Part shown: one piece after another, positions 1-12,725 of the stretch
Layout of the letters: the number at the start of each line of letters is the position of its first letter
How positions within the stretch are numbered: the first letter of the stretch is position 1
Assembly: GCA_951406725.2 (NCBI GenBank)
Contig: OX597819.1
Location: 135,098,001-135,162,000, forward strand
From: Octopus vulgaris
Taxonomy: Eukaryota
Direction of reading: 5' to 3'
Length of the DNA stretch: 64,000 nt
Notes under the pieces: generated by a model
The model's input: the letters and a program-made list of their open reading frames with translations, nothing else
What the model was told of the DNA's origin: nothing
Databases searched by the model: none
Made by a program: the position numbers and the translations under genes

Positions 1-1165
1 GGTATTTGAGAGAGTGCTGAGATCGCGTATGACTCACTTCCTTGAGAGTCATAATATGCTGAACCCCAACCAGCATGGATTCCGTAATGGGAGAGATTGC
101 CTGACGCAGCTACTGCATCATTTTGATGATATTTTGAGAGCCTTGGGAGAGGGCTCCAACACTGATGTCATCTACCCTGATTTCAGCAGGGCCTTTGACA
201 GGGTTGATCATAAGATCCTTTTGAGAAAGCTGTCCAATATTGGTGTCACTGGAAAGCTGCTGCAGTGGATCAAGTGCTTCCTGTCTAACAGAACCCAACA
301 TGTTGTAGTCGAAGGAGTCAAATCCAGCCCAGCCAAAGTCAGCCACAAGGCACTGTGTTGGGCCCACTTCTCTTCATCATCTACATAAATGATATTACTG
401 ACACCATCAAACACAGTAACATCAGAACCTTCGCTGATGATTCCAAGCTCCAGAAGGTCATCAATGGCGTGGATGACCGAATAAACCTTCAGTCAGACCT
501 ACTGGCTGTTGTCCAATGGGCGGAAAAGAATAACATGTTGCTAAATGAAGACAAATTCGAACTGATCCACTTTGGAAGGGAGGACGCTCTGAAACTCCCA
601 TACTCTCTTCCTTCTGGAGAAATTCTCATGGCATCCAACAACATCAGAGACTTGGGAGTAACAGTGGACAACAACATAAGCTGGGATACACATATAAGCA
701 GCAAAGTTGACATGGCCCGCAGAATGTGTTCCTGGATTCTCAGAACCTTCCAGTCAAGAGATTCCCACACTATTATCTTTCTCTTCTCCACTTTTGCCCG
801 ACCCCACCTTGAATACTGCTGTCCACTGTGGTCTCTCTACACAAAACAAAATATTATGAGAATTGAAGCTCCCCAAAGGTCAATCACAAAAAAGATAGAT
901 GGCATGTCAGACCTTGACTACTGGGGTAGACTAGAGAAGCTGAAACTATATTCACTCCAACGATGCTGTGAACGCTACATTATCTGTATGATGTGGAAAA
1001 TATTCCATCAGCACTGTCCGAATGATGTTGGCATCACCTTCAAAATACATCCAAGGCTTGGACCACGTGCCATCCGTCCACAACAAAAATCTAAATCGCA
1101 TCACATAACAACAATACGGCACAATTATTTCACCTCAATTGGACCCGCTCTCTTCAACATTACAT
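1..1165 (+). mobile_element. CR1-group LINE ORF2 (RT) fragment, frameshifted
   Basis: QHGFR..RDC..QL, DFSRAFDRVDH, LGPLLFIIYIND, FADDSK and RPHLEYC motifs across ORFs 14-388 and 355-1248. Confidence 0.9.
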
Positions 1166-2749
1166 TGAAATTTGGAACACAAAATCGAAGCCTAGGGAGA
1201 AGGGTAATGCTGTGTGTTCCATACAATTTCATGGACCAAAATTACTGAATGGATCCTTATGATATTTGAAACTTAGATTCAATGCATAAGGGCGGGTATA
1301 ATGCAATATGTTTGGTTTCAATTTCAGATGGCTTAAAGGGGACAGAACCCCCATGAAAATTCATAAATTTTTGATGTTGATGAAATTTCGACCATGGGTA
1401 ATTGACACATATCAAAAAGTATTCTCAAAGTTTCCACTTCACATGAAAATTATAAGACAGCCTTATGGGGCCTTAACTCCCAAATTTTAGTCATTTCTTT
1501 TATGATCCAAAACTAGGTCAAAAGTACTGAATGGATCACAAAATTTGGAAATTATATTCTGTGCATAAGGGCCATAACCCCCATGACAATTTATATTTTT
1601 GCTGTTGATGAAATTTTAACCATAGATTTTAGACACAAATGAAGTAATATTTATAAAATTTCATCTTCTTACAACTTAGAAAGACCCTTTCATGGGGACT
1701 TAACACCCACAATTTAGTCATTTTATCTAAGCAAAGACGAATACAGTTGTACTCTTGGAAGCTGTAGGGTCACGTGAGCATAAAAGATGAGCATTATTAG
1801 TAATTCAATGGTACAACAGTGTGTTTGCTTTGACATATACTTAGATTGTGATTTCTGCAATGTGATGCATAAATTGTCAAGTAAATGAGAGGCATCTTTG
1901 CCTCCACTGATTCAGTTGTAAAGTATTGAGTAAAGTTATTTGGTTGCAGACCTCCTCTTTCGGTCTTTTTATTATCACTGGGTCACACATAGTCCCCAGA
2001 TGGTAACATTGATTTCAAGGCCTTCCCAGATGAGTGACTGGTTATTCAAAGACATTTATAGATTGTAAATTTATTCTGTCCAGTTACGTATCAGTATAGT
2101 GGTCATTTGCAAACTCCAGAGGTGACACTTTCATTTCTCCTCAGCCCTCACGTCGCACAGTTGTTAATGTTAATTTCAGTTGGGTCACACCCTTCCAATT
2201 GTTATAGATTCGTAATGCATCTTACGGCTGTGCCTGTCACCTGGATGGTGAGGAATCCTACATTGGGAGTGGTAACTGACTGCTTATTGTGATCATTCGT
2301 CTTTTGGTTTCCTGTAGCTTTGCTCTCTTTTACAAACCCAGTGAACATATATTTCCTATTTCAAAGAAATTCAAACAATAGATATAAGACCCAAGTTAAA
2401 AAGATTCTCAACAATTCAACTTCTCTGGTTGACATTAAGACACCCACCCACAATAGGGGCCTTAACTCTCACATTTTAGAGTTCCATGAACTCTATTTTT
2501 CAGGAGCAAAACCCCTTTAACAGGTTTTCTAAGACTGGAATTTTGGAATATGCGCATAAAAATCAGTAGTATGGAATACATGTGGCATGATTACAATTTT
2601 TTTAGGGTGTGTAAAGAGGGAAATAGCCCTCATCTGCAATTTTGATAAAATTTGAATCATAGGTATTCCAGTTCATTAGAGAAAATATAACAGAAAAGTC
2701 TAATTCTTCAATTGCATGTAACACAGGCAACGCTGTGTATCTCTGCTAG
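1166..2749 (+). mobile_element. Non-autonomous Helitron-like element, 3' part, with internal degenerate tandem repeat
   Basis: Terminal hairpin acacag..ctgtgt (2721-2738) followed by CTAG|T at 2746-2750. Degenerate repeat units at about 1236-1497 and 1517-1723. 5' end not seen. Confidence 0.55.
1740..2320 (-). mobile_element. Possible highly decayed LINE apurinic endonuclease fragment
   Basis: LQETK near 2317 and downstream INVF- and SGDY-like words in plausible order on the - strand. Many stops. Confidence 0.3.
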
Positions 2750-2899
2750 TATATTATAATAATATGTTAGTGTTATTTAATTTCTGAATGGTTTTGCTAC
2801 CATTTGTTTGTGTAATTTGATTTCTTTATCCTCCAGTTTCTACAAAGATAGAGACGTGAGTAAAATGAATAATAGAGAAACAAAAATAAAACTTTGCAA

Positions 2900-3126
2900 A
2901 CAGCTTAAAGGGAGATAATTGAGAAAGTGAACCTAAGACCAGAATCCTTGTCTGGTAGCAGAACAATCCACAAAACTATTCAGTGCATAGCAGTCACAAG
3001 GCCAAACAACCCTGAAAGTTTCATCAGAATCCATCCAGTGGTTCTTGAGATATCTTGTCAAATGACACAAACAAACCAACATGACTGAAAACAATACCTC
3101 CGCCTTTGCTAAGGCAGAGGTAATAA
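2900..3126 (-). mobile_element. Helentron-associated (HINE/DINE-like) short element
   Basis: The - strand begins ttattacctctgccttagcaaaggcggaggta (subterminal hairpin), followed by a gtttgtttgt tract. Confidence 0.5.
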
Positions 3127-4700
3127 TAATAAAATTATTGTGAATAGTGCTCAGGTGCACTACAATTCATTAAAGGTGCATGTACAGTACATAGAATTAT
3201 GTACAAAAGTCAGGAAAGTGAAGAGTGTAGGAGTCATGTTATACATGTGTGCATGCCTATGGAGGTGGGGACATTAGGTGTAGTGTTGGCGAATTCCAGG
3301 AAGCCTGGAGGTTTTAAAGGATGCAATGTGTTGGCAAGTAACACTTGTTGCAGATAGTTTGTTCCATGCTTCAGCAACACTGAGTGTGAAAAAATGTTTC
3401 TGAAAGTCATGGGAGCTGTGCTATTTTCTGACTTTGTTAGACACATGGAGCTCAAAATGGTGCTCAAAGTGGTTGTTGGCACGATGGTTAATAATTTTAT
3501 GAGTGTTTACCAAGTCAGTTGCCAGGCATTGGGGCTTCAATGTGTCTATGCCCAAGGGAGCAAGGTGTTTATTGTATGGTAGGTGTTTGATGGAGGGTAT
3601 TTGCTTGGTTGCACTCTGAATAGTTTCCAGGAGGTCCATGTCCTGAGCAAGATGGGGGTTCCAGACTGGTGATGCAAATTCCACGTGTGGCTACACCATA
3701 GTCAGCTTTAAATAGACAGATGGAGAGTGGCTGACAAAGTGATGCTGAGTGATGCCAAGACACCCTTGGCCTTGACAATTTTAGAGATGTGCTTTGTCCA
3801 GGACAGATCACTGCTCACAGTAATACTCAGGTCACAGTCACAAGACTTCTTGATATTAGTGTTGAGGAAAGAGTATGTGGACGTTGGGTTTTCCTCCCAA
3901 AATGCATGGTACACTTGTCCACAGCCAGCTTGAGTTGCCAGTCTGTGATCCATTGTAGCATTGTGTCCCGGTCCGATTGCAGGAGAGGTCTATAGTGTTT
4001 AGGATCTGTCCTTTTTGTCTCAAGGTACAGTTTGAGGCTATCTGCATATTTCAGCACTGTAGAATTCTTTAAGTTGGCATCTATGTCAGTAATGTATGCA
4101 ACAGACAAAAGGGCTCCAAGAACAGATCCCTGTGGTACACCAGATCACATCTCATAGGGTGAAGAATGCTGTCCTAGAGTTGTGACTACCTCTTTTGGGC
4201 TGAGAATGACAGATTCCAACCAGTTAAAAAGATCATCTTTCACACCCATTGCAGATAGTTTTGCCATAAGCCTCTTGTGTGGCACAGAATTAAAAGCTTT
4301 AGCAAAGTCAAGGTAAACAACATCCACCCATGAGCCGTCATCAGTGACCCATGTGATGTCTTCAAGAAACTTGGTAAGTTGATCACAGCAGCTGGAGTTA
4401 GGGATAAATCCAAATTGCAAGGGCAAGATAAGGCTGTGAGAATTCCAGAAGTTCCAGAGTGTTTCTCTGGCACAGGATTCCATCAGTTCGGCAAGACAGC
4501 TAGTAGGACTGACTGGATGATAGTCAACAGACGACGTGCAGTCACCGTTTTTGAACAGAGGAATGGCACTGGCTGTTTTCCTCTGCTCCATAGTAGCACC
4601 ATTGTTAAGACAGAACTGAAAGAAGAGTGAAAGCTGGTGCAGAAGAAAGTACTCACCGTCTTTGAGAAACAGGTACGTAACACCAGAAGAGGCATAGTTG
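3127..4700 (-). mobile_element. CR1-group LINE, degenerate RT plus 3' end
   Basis: PLFKNG, QFGF, VDVVYLDFAKAFNSVPH, KYADS and EFASPVWNPH. (ATT)n tail near 3120-3131. Confidence 0.9.
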
Positions 4701-4880
4701 TGCTTATTCTTCTGATATGGCAGTGATTGTCGCTTATGCCACTGCCTTCTTCTTCTTCTTCTTTAAAGAAACATTTCTAATGGCTGCATTGCAATAATGT
4801 TTGCATAAAACTTCAAACTTGGTGTATCATTGCACTCTCGTGATTTTTGTCCTAATTAACTTATTTTTGTATTTCTCTAG

Positions 4881-5110
4881 AAAGCTGATGACATGTTGGT
4901 GCAGGAAATGAGAGACAACTTGAAGCGTGCTGAAGAAGAGGATCAGATGAAAGAGGAACAGCGTGTGCTGGAGAAACGACGCTACCAGGAGCAGTTGGAT
5001 CAGCAGATGGAAGAACAAAAGGAGAAGAAACGACTCATGTATGAGGAGTTTTTGAAAGAGAAGCTTATGATTGATGAAATTGTGCGCAAGATTCACGAAG
5101 AGGACCAAAA
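4881..5110 (+). CDS. MNS1: MNS1 internal exon (first confident exon in window)
   Basis: Acceptor tttctctag|, donor |gtaaga. Translates KADDMLVQEM...YEEFLKEKLMIDEIVRKIHEEDQ, matching the MNS1 motif LKEKLMIDEIVRKIYEEDQ. Ends in phase 2. Confidence 0.93.
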
Positions 5111-6386
5111 GTAAGAACACTTCTACTCCCTCTCTCTCTCTCGCTGTTGGACAATTTGGTCCAACTCAAAGACTGAAATAACATAGTTTGTTGATGTGAT
5201 ATCAACAATAAAAGGCCAAATGTTTTTAAGTTAGTCAAAGGAAGTGGGTAATGGTATGGCCATAATTTTTGCAAGTCTTCACAGAATGTTGATATTGATG
5301 CAGTTGATGTTCAACTGAGTTGGGGGGCAGTAGAGAAGAAGGTGGCTTGATGTTAGGTGTTGAGGGGACAGAAACTGGTGTCTTGCTCTAGAGGGGATAC
5401 ATGACTACCTTGCATTATATAAGGGTGGGTGGGTAGGAGTAATTGGAAAGAAAAAGATGGTGGTGACAAATTGTCAGATATACTCTCAAGGTAAAAGAAG
5501 ACGAGGAGAAAGGAGAATAAGGTGCAGATCAATAAAAGTTGGGAAGGTAAGTTCACAAGAGCGTGAGAAGAGAGTTGCAGAAGGTTAAGAGATGGGGATA
5601 AAGATAATGTAGTGAATGATGAACAAGGATGGAAGTGTGGTCAATGGTGAGTTGAGTTTCAGGAAGATGCTGAGAAAGGCAAAGGTGGTAAATGGCAGTA
5701 CAAAAAAAGGCAGAGAACAGCAGAATGATAAAACTAGATAGATGAGGATAGAAATATGATGTGTGGGAGGATAAATAGGGAAGAATAGCCAGCAGTGAGG
5801 GGTGCAAGTAACTGCAAAGGGTACACAATAATTTTAGGACTGGATGAACAAGGTCGGGGAGGTGTGTATATGTTTGTCTGTGTATGTATATGCCTGCTCA
5901 ACATATGTCCCCTCTGCCGAAAAGGTAATTGTTTCCACGCTTGCTGATAAGTTGTTTTTGTCTCATTTTGTCTAAAAGTCGTAAGACACTTGTTGTTATC
6001 CTATTTTTAACCATTACTGTTTTCAATTTTGTTTTCATTTCTTGTATTTATATCCGTCTCTGTTGCGTTTACATTCTTTCCTTCTACCAAGAAATCTAAT
6101 GCCCACAGCTTAGTTTTTTCCTTGGGGCTGGCCGAGTTGGAGCAAATATCAGAATTAAACAGCCGAAATTTGCCATGATGATCCGGTTTCTGACTGAAGA
6201 TTGAAGGCTTCGAATGACTTGTCTGTTTTCCGTGTTCGTCCCTTCGTGTATTTCACGTTCTTTATATATAAATTTTTATTCTTATATATATATATACTCA
6301 CATATATACCACTTCTTAATTTGAGCTGAGGCAATGCAAGCAGGAACTAAAGGAACATTACTAAGATCCACACTCAAAGATCAAAT

Positions 6387-9107
6387 CATCATCATCATCA
6401 TCATTTAACGTCTGTTTTCCGTGCAAGCATGAGTTGGACGGTTTGACCAGGGTCTGGCAGTGTTTCTACAGCTGGATGCCCTTCCTAACACCAACCACTC
6501 CATGAGTGTAGTGGGTGCTTTTTATGTGCCAGGGGAGGCTGGCAGCGGCCACAATCAGCTGGTGCTTTTTACATACCACTGGCACAGGTATCACAACTAC
6601 AATTTCCATTTGATTTTTATTTGATGTTGATGTACTTGACTCAAAAGGTCTCCTCAAGCACAGCAGGTCGCCCTACGATCCAAGGTAAGCACAGCAGGCC
6701 GTCCTGTGATCCAAGGTACTTTGGATGGGTGTATCTTCTATGTGAAGCTGGTGCAGGAAACAGCCTTGACCTCACGTTATTTGTCGGGTCTTCGCAGTCA
6801 CGGCATATTTCCAGAGGTCTCAGTCTTTCGTCATTGCTTCTGTGAGGCCCAACGTTCGAAGGTCATGCTTGACCACCTCAGTCCATGTCTTCCTGGGTCT
6901 ACTTTTACCTCGGATTCTTTCAACTGTTTGGGAGTGGCACTTCTTCACACATCTCTCCTCATCCATCCATAGTACATGACCATACCAGCGCAAACGTCTC
7001 TCTTGCACACCACATCTGCTGCTTCTTATGTCCAGCATTTCTCTCAGGGTCCTTACCCTTGGTCGTGCGCGCACACTGACATTACACATCCAGCGGATCA
7101 TGTTAGCTTCATTTCTTTCGAGTCTACACATGTCCCCCGCAGTCATGGCCCATGTTTCACTGCCATGAAGCATGGCAGTTTGCATACATGCGTCATACAA
7201 TCTACCTTTCACTCTGAGCGAGAGACCCTTTGTTACCAGTAGGAGTAGAAGCTTTCTAAACTTTGCCCAGGCTATTCGTATTTTAGTGGTGACACTCTCT
7301 GAGCATCCACCTCCACTACTAACTTGGTTACCTAGGTAACGGAAACTATCAACTACTTCTAGTTTCTTCCCCTGCAGTGTGATGGAATCTGTTTTCTGAG
7401 TATCTGTGGTGTCTATTGCCCCTGTGCATCTGCTGCACACGAAAGCTGTCTTCTAGGTTAATCTTCCTTTGATGTTGCTTCACCTCTTATGCGTCCATAG
7501 CTTACACTGGGTACATCTTATGGAGTTTCTACCTACACCTTTCCTACAGATCAAGCTGGGCCACCTCCCTGAGGGGGTGTCTGATGAGTTCGCCTTCCTA
7601 TTTACTATAACTTTGGTCTTTGCTGCATTGACTCTAAGGCCTTTAGATTCTAAACCTGCTATGAGGGCTAGGTCATCAGCATAGAGGAGCTCCCAGGGGC
7701 AACCCATCTTGAATTCCTCTGTTATTGCCTGGAGGACTATGATGAATAGAAGGGGACTAAGGGCTGTACCTTGGTGGATGCCTATTTCTATCCGGAATTC
7801 TTTACTATACTCATTACCAATCCAAACTTTACTAACGACCTCTCACAGCCCTTATTAACCATTCGTCAATCTCCAGTTTCCACGTTGCCCACCAGATAAG
7901 GGATCAAGGGACCCTGTCAAAGGCTTTCTCCAAGTCCACGAAAGCTAAGTAGAGAGGTTTATCTTTAGCTAGGTATTTCTCCTGCAGTTGTCGAACCAGG
8001 AATATGGCATCAGTGGTGTTTCTACCCGGAACAAAACCGAACTGCATCTCATCTAAGCAGGCTCTCTCCCTAATGAGATGGGCTATGACCCTCTCTGTGA
8101 CCTTCATCACCTGATCCAGCAGTTTAATAGCCCTGTAGTTATTTCTATCTAGAGCATCACCTTTACCCTTGTAGCAGTCGACTATGGTGCTGCTACACCT
8201 CAAAATAGTTTAATGATGGAGGTATTTTGATACCTAGTGTGAGTTACGACAAATTCATGGAGGGCTTCGCAAAGAACATAAAACTGGTGAAATGGTGTCA
8301 GCTACATGAAAGCCCACCTACCATAATGGATTATGAGAGACTAAAAACAAAAATTCAATTGTAATTTTTGTGATATTCATTAATGAAAAAAGGGAAAAAA
8401 ATTGTCGAAATGTAACCACTCGACTTCGGGGGTCGAGTGGGCATTGTGCCTCATTTATATCTTTTCATATTTTCATTCGTTTGGTGAGGATGAAATCTAT
8501 CTGGCTCGCAGAGTCCCCTGATTGATAGGTTATAAGGTGGCTGTCTGGCTTCATGAAGTTAGTGCTGTAGATTAAAAGGTTACATGCATCACAGAACTCC
8601 AGTAGCATAGTTCCCTCATCGTTTCGGGTACCAATACCATGGCCACCGTGTACCCCAGTGAAGATACCCGATTCCCACCCAACATGCCCCTTAAAGTCTC
8701 CAGCTACAAAGATGAGGTCATTGCCACTTGTCTATGAGGTAGCCTGTAGAAGGGTATCATAAAAGTGGTCCTTCTGATCATTTGGTAGCCCTGCATGTGG
8801 GGCATAGGCAGAGATGATAGTAGCTGTGCTATTCTGCAGGACTAGCCTGAGCTTAAGCACTCTTTCGCATACCCTGACAACCTCTATGACCTTATCTACC
8901 CATTTCTCTGCAAGGCGTATGCCAACACCCCCTACACCATCCATGTTACCTTGCCAGAAGACTTTATACCTATGTGCCTTGCCTGTGAGGACCCTAGCTG
9001 AAGCTCCTCTCCATCTTACCTCTTGTATGTAGCATACATCAACCCGTCACCTTTCAAGCATCTCTACAATCTCACTAGACCTACCTTTCAGTGTGCCAAC
9101 ATTGATA
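6387..9107 (-). mobile_element. RTE-clade LINE (APE + RT, degenerate, internally rearranged)
   Basis: APE words NVGTL, IQEVRW, ISAYAP. RT words YKGKGD, QFGFVPG, FVDLEKAFDRVP, LLYADDL, RLRWYGHV. 3' UTR ends in (GAT)n. Confidence 0.92.
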
Positions 9108-9112
9108 TTCAT

Positions 9113-9470
9113 ATCATCATCATCATCATCATTGATTAATGTCTGCTTTCCATGCTAGCATGGGTTGGACGATTTTGACTGAGGTCTGGCGAGCCAGATG
9201 GCTGCACCAGGCTCCAATCTTGATCTGGCAGAGTTTCTACAGCTGGATGCCCTTCCTAATGTCAACCACTCTGAGAGTGTAGTGGGTGCTTTTTACGTGC
9301 CACCGGTACAGGGGCCTGTCAGGCGGCACAGGTGCCAGTGAAGCGACGTTGGTAATGATCACGCTCGAATGGTGCCCTTTTATGTACCATGGGTGCGGAA
9401 GCCAGCTGGCTGCTCTGGCAACGATCATGCTTGGATGGTGCTCTTGGCCTACAGGCATAAGTGCCAGCTA
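9113..9470 (-). mobile_element. 5'-truncated RTE 3' UTR copy
   Basis: (CAT)n followed by the family consensus catgggttggacg...gtttctacagctggatgcccttcctaa. Confidence 0.8.
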
Positions 9471-9779
9471 CAGAACGGATATAAAATTCGACATATATAT
9501 AGATATATAAGAATCAGTGTTACATACAAAGCACAGTGAATTTACGCTTAAAGTTATAAAACATTGGTATAATTAAAAATTTGAAAATTCTAGAAAAAAT
9601 ACAGAAAAAATCAAAATTACCAAAATTATTCATCTAAGGGCCATTTCAGAGACATGCCAGTTAATATGATACATTTCATATTTTTGAACCTGACACTTCC
9701 TTCATCAGGATGTTTTTTACACACAATACATAGAAACAAAATGTACAATTACATACCAGCCAAATGCTAAAATGTTTGA

Positions 9780-10705
9780 TTTTTTTATTAGCCACAAGGG
9801 ACACAGAATGGGACAATACAAAACAAGACAAACATAAACTCGGGGAACTTAAAATACAAAAAGAAGAAAAATTAAGACGAAAAATTTTTTAAAACGAATG
9901 AAAATATGAAAAGATATAAATGAGGCACAATGCCCACTCGACCCCCGAAGTCGAGTGGTTACATTTCGACAATTTTTTTCCCTCTTTTCATTAATGAATA
10001 TCACAAAAATTACAATTGAATTTTTGTTTTTAGTCTCTCATAATCCATTATGGTAGGTGGGCTTTCATGTAGCCGACACCATTTCACCAGTTTTATGTTC
10101 TTTGTGAAGCCCTCCATGAATTTGTCGTAATTCTCCCTAGGTATCAAAATACCTCCATCATTAAAGTCAAAAGTGTCTCCAGACAGCATCACTCTCACCA
10201 GTCCTTTCACTTTCGCTATTCTTCTCTCTGCGTCTGCACTTTCTTTTGTATGTTATAAATGCTCCCTTAAATTTATACGATTCATTTTCTGTTTCTTCCT
10301 CTTGCCTTTTCTTAGTTGCAAATCTCTCCTTACCTTTCTTGTTTTCTACTTAGTGTTCCCTTGTCTTCGATCTCTTTCTTCTTTTGGGGCTAATAACTCC
10401 CTCACTCTCCTCCTCTGATTCTTTCACTTCACTTTTCTTCTTCTCTTTATCTTTCTGGCTACAGTCCTTGTCTCACTTTTCTTCTTCTCTTTAGTCCTTC
10501 TTCTTCTCTACAGTCCTTGTCTCACTTTTCTTCTTCTCTTTAGTCCTTCTTCTTCTCTACAGTCCTTGTCTCATTTTTCTGCTTCTCTTTCTACTTTCTC
10601 CTGCATCTGTTCTTTCTTTTGCTCTTTCTTTTCTTCTTTTTCCACTCTCTCTTTGCTTTGTGTGAATTCATATAAGCTCCATCTGGACTAGTCCATTACT
10701 GCACT
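9780..10705 (-). mobile_element. Polyadenylated retroposon-like element with K/E/R-rich ORF remnant, no RT seen
   Basis: The - strand ends gtcccttgtggctAATAAAaaa. ORF remnant ends ...ESPPTIMDYERLKTKIQL* at 10010. 3' UTR hairpin at 9934-9958 and a 49-bp tandem repeat at about 10430-10590. Confidence 0.55.
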
Positions 10706-10983
10706 TTAATTTTATTTTTATTTTTATTCTTATTTTTCTTTTGTGAAACTATTTATCTAAGTTAAGTCATTGATGCAATTTTATACCCATTGTTATTTTT
10801 GTATTTAATTGTTATATTATGTTTTAAGTTCAATTATTATATTATGCTTTAGTTTGATTTTAATTGTTATCTATTATTTTAATTATTATTATTATTTATA
10901 ATTTTTATTTTTATTTTTATTTTTAAATAGCTTCAGGAACGTAGAGTGTATCCTATGTGTGCAAGCTGGTATTGCATCAGTGA

Positions 10984-11024
<41 letters not shown>

Positions 11025-11030
<6 letters not shown>

Positions 11031-11505
11031 GGTGTAGCTGTGTGGTGAGAAGCTTGCTTCCCAAGCTGAAAAAAGCTGGTTACGTGTATATATGTGTAAT
11101 TGTGTGTATATGTCTTTATGTCTGTGTTTGTCCCCCACCACCTCTTGACAACAGGTGTTGGTGTGTTTCAATTCCTGTAACTTAGCAGTTTGGCAAAATA
11201 AACCAATAGAATAAGTACTAGGCTTTTAAAAAAATAAGTTCTAGGGTCAATTTGTTTGACTAAAATCCTTCAAGGTGGTGCCTCAGCATGGCCACAGTCA
11301 AATGATTGAAACAAGTAAAAGATAAAAGATATATATATACATAGGCGCAGGAGTGGCTGTGTGGTAAGTAGCTTGCTTACCAACCACATGGTTCTGGGTT
11401 CAGTCCCACTGCATGGCACCTTGGGCAAGTGTCTTCTACTATAGCCTCGGGCCGACCAAAGCCTTGTGAGTGGATTTGGTAGACGGAAACTGAAAGAAGC
11501 CTGTC

Positions 11506-11550
<45 letters not shown>

Positions 11551-12725
11551 CATACATATAAGAGGGAATTACCACCATGTGGAAACCCTTATGCTAGAAG
11601 ATGATCCGCTATGGTCTTACCACTAAGAATCGTTCTCTAGAAAATTTAGCAAACACCAGAAATGAAAGCGAGCAAGGCAAATGAAAAGTAACAAAAATAT
11701 AGATTAATCATAAACAATGTTTCACTATCAACAAATTACGTAATTTTACTTACATAATTTATCTGTAGATCTTCAGTATGATTGTCCATACAAATATAAT
11801 TTGCTGTACTACACATCAGGCATCAACATGAGGTCGAATATGCATGCAGTTCTACCTATTACACTTGTGGTTATTTTTCAAAAGTCTTCGTTTTGGCGCG
11901 CTAAATTACCAGAAATAATACTGCATAAAATAATTTACAGTAGTAGCCTTTGCTGGTTTGAAAACAAATTAATTTAAAATTAAAGTGAGGGTGAAAAATT
12001 GGATATTAATTTGATCCAAAAATATCCAAAAAATTGGATATTAATTTGATAACACCACTGGTGTTAAATTGATGTTATCAAATTAATATCCAATTTTTCA
12101 CCCTCATTTTAATTTTTATATATATATATCATCATCATCATCGTTTAACGTCCGCTTTCCATGCTAATATATATGTATATGTTTGTGTATCTGTGTTTGT
12201 CCCCCCAACATCGCTTGACAACCGATGCTGGTGTGTTTATGTCCCCGCCACTTAGCGGTTCGGCAAGAGAGACCAATAGAATAAGTACTAGGCATACAAA
12301 GAATAAGTCCTGGGGTCAATTTGCTTGATTAAAAGCGGTGCTCCAGCATGACCGCAGCCAAATGACTGAAACAAAAAAAATAAAAAAACATATATATATA
12401 TATATATATATATAGGTGCAGGCGCAGCTGTGTGGTAAGAAGCTTGCTTCCCAACCACACTGTTCTGGGTTCAGTCCCACTGCATGGCATTTTGAGCAAG
12501 TGTCTTCTGCTATAGCCTCAGGCCAACCAAAGTCTTCTGAATGGATTTGGTAGATGGAAACTGAAAGAAGCCTGTCATATATATGTATATATTTGTGTCT
12601 GTTTGTCCCTCTATTGCTTGACAACCAATATTGGTGTGTTTACGTCCCCATAACTTAGGGGTTTGGCAAAAGGGACTGATAGAATAAGTCCTGGGGTTGA
12701 TTTGTTTGACTGAAACAAGTAAAAG
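11025..12725 (+). mobile_element. Three head-to-tail tRNA-derived SINEs separated by (TA)n
   Basis: Heads (gcaggagtggctgtgtggtaag...ggttcagtccc A/B-box-like) at about 11025, 11344 and 12414. Shared tail tgactgaaacaagtaaaag. The second copy is interrupted at about 11560-12165. Confidence 0.8.

Noticed and set aside
14-1248. Longest ORFs as host genes or a prokaryotic RT system (retron, DGR)
   Set aside because: Motifs are those of a CR1-type LINE, frameshifted, in a spliceosomal-intron context.
9934-9958. Rho-independent terminator
   Set aside because: The hairpin lies in a eukaryotic retroposon-like 3' UTR, so bacterial termination does not apply.
10430-10590. 49-bp repeats as an array
   Set aside because: Simple head-to-tail minisatellite without unique spacers.
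11344-11415. tRNA gene
   Set aside because: A/B-box-like head runs into a SINE body, and no complete cloverleaf is evident.
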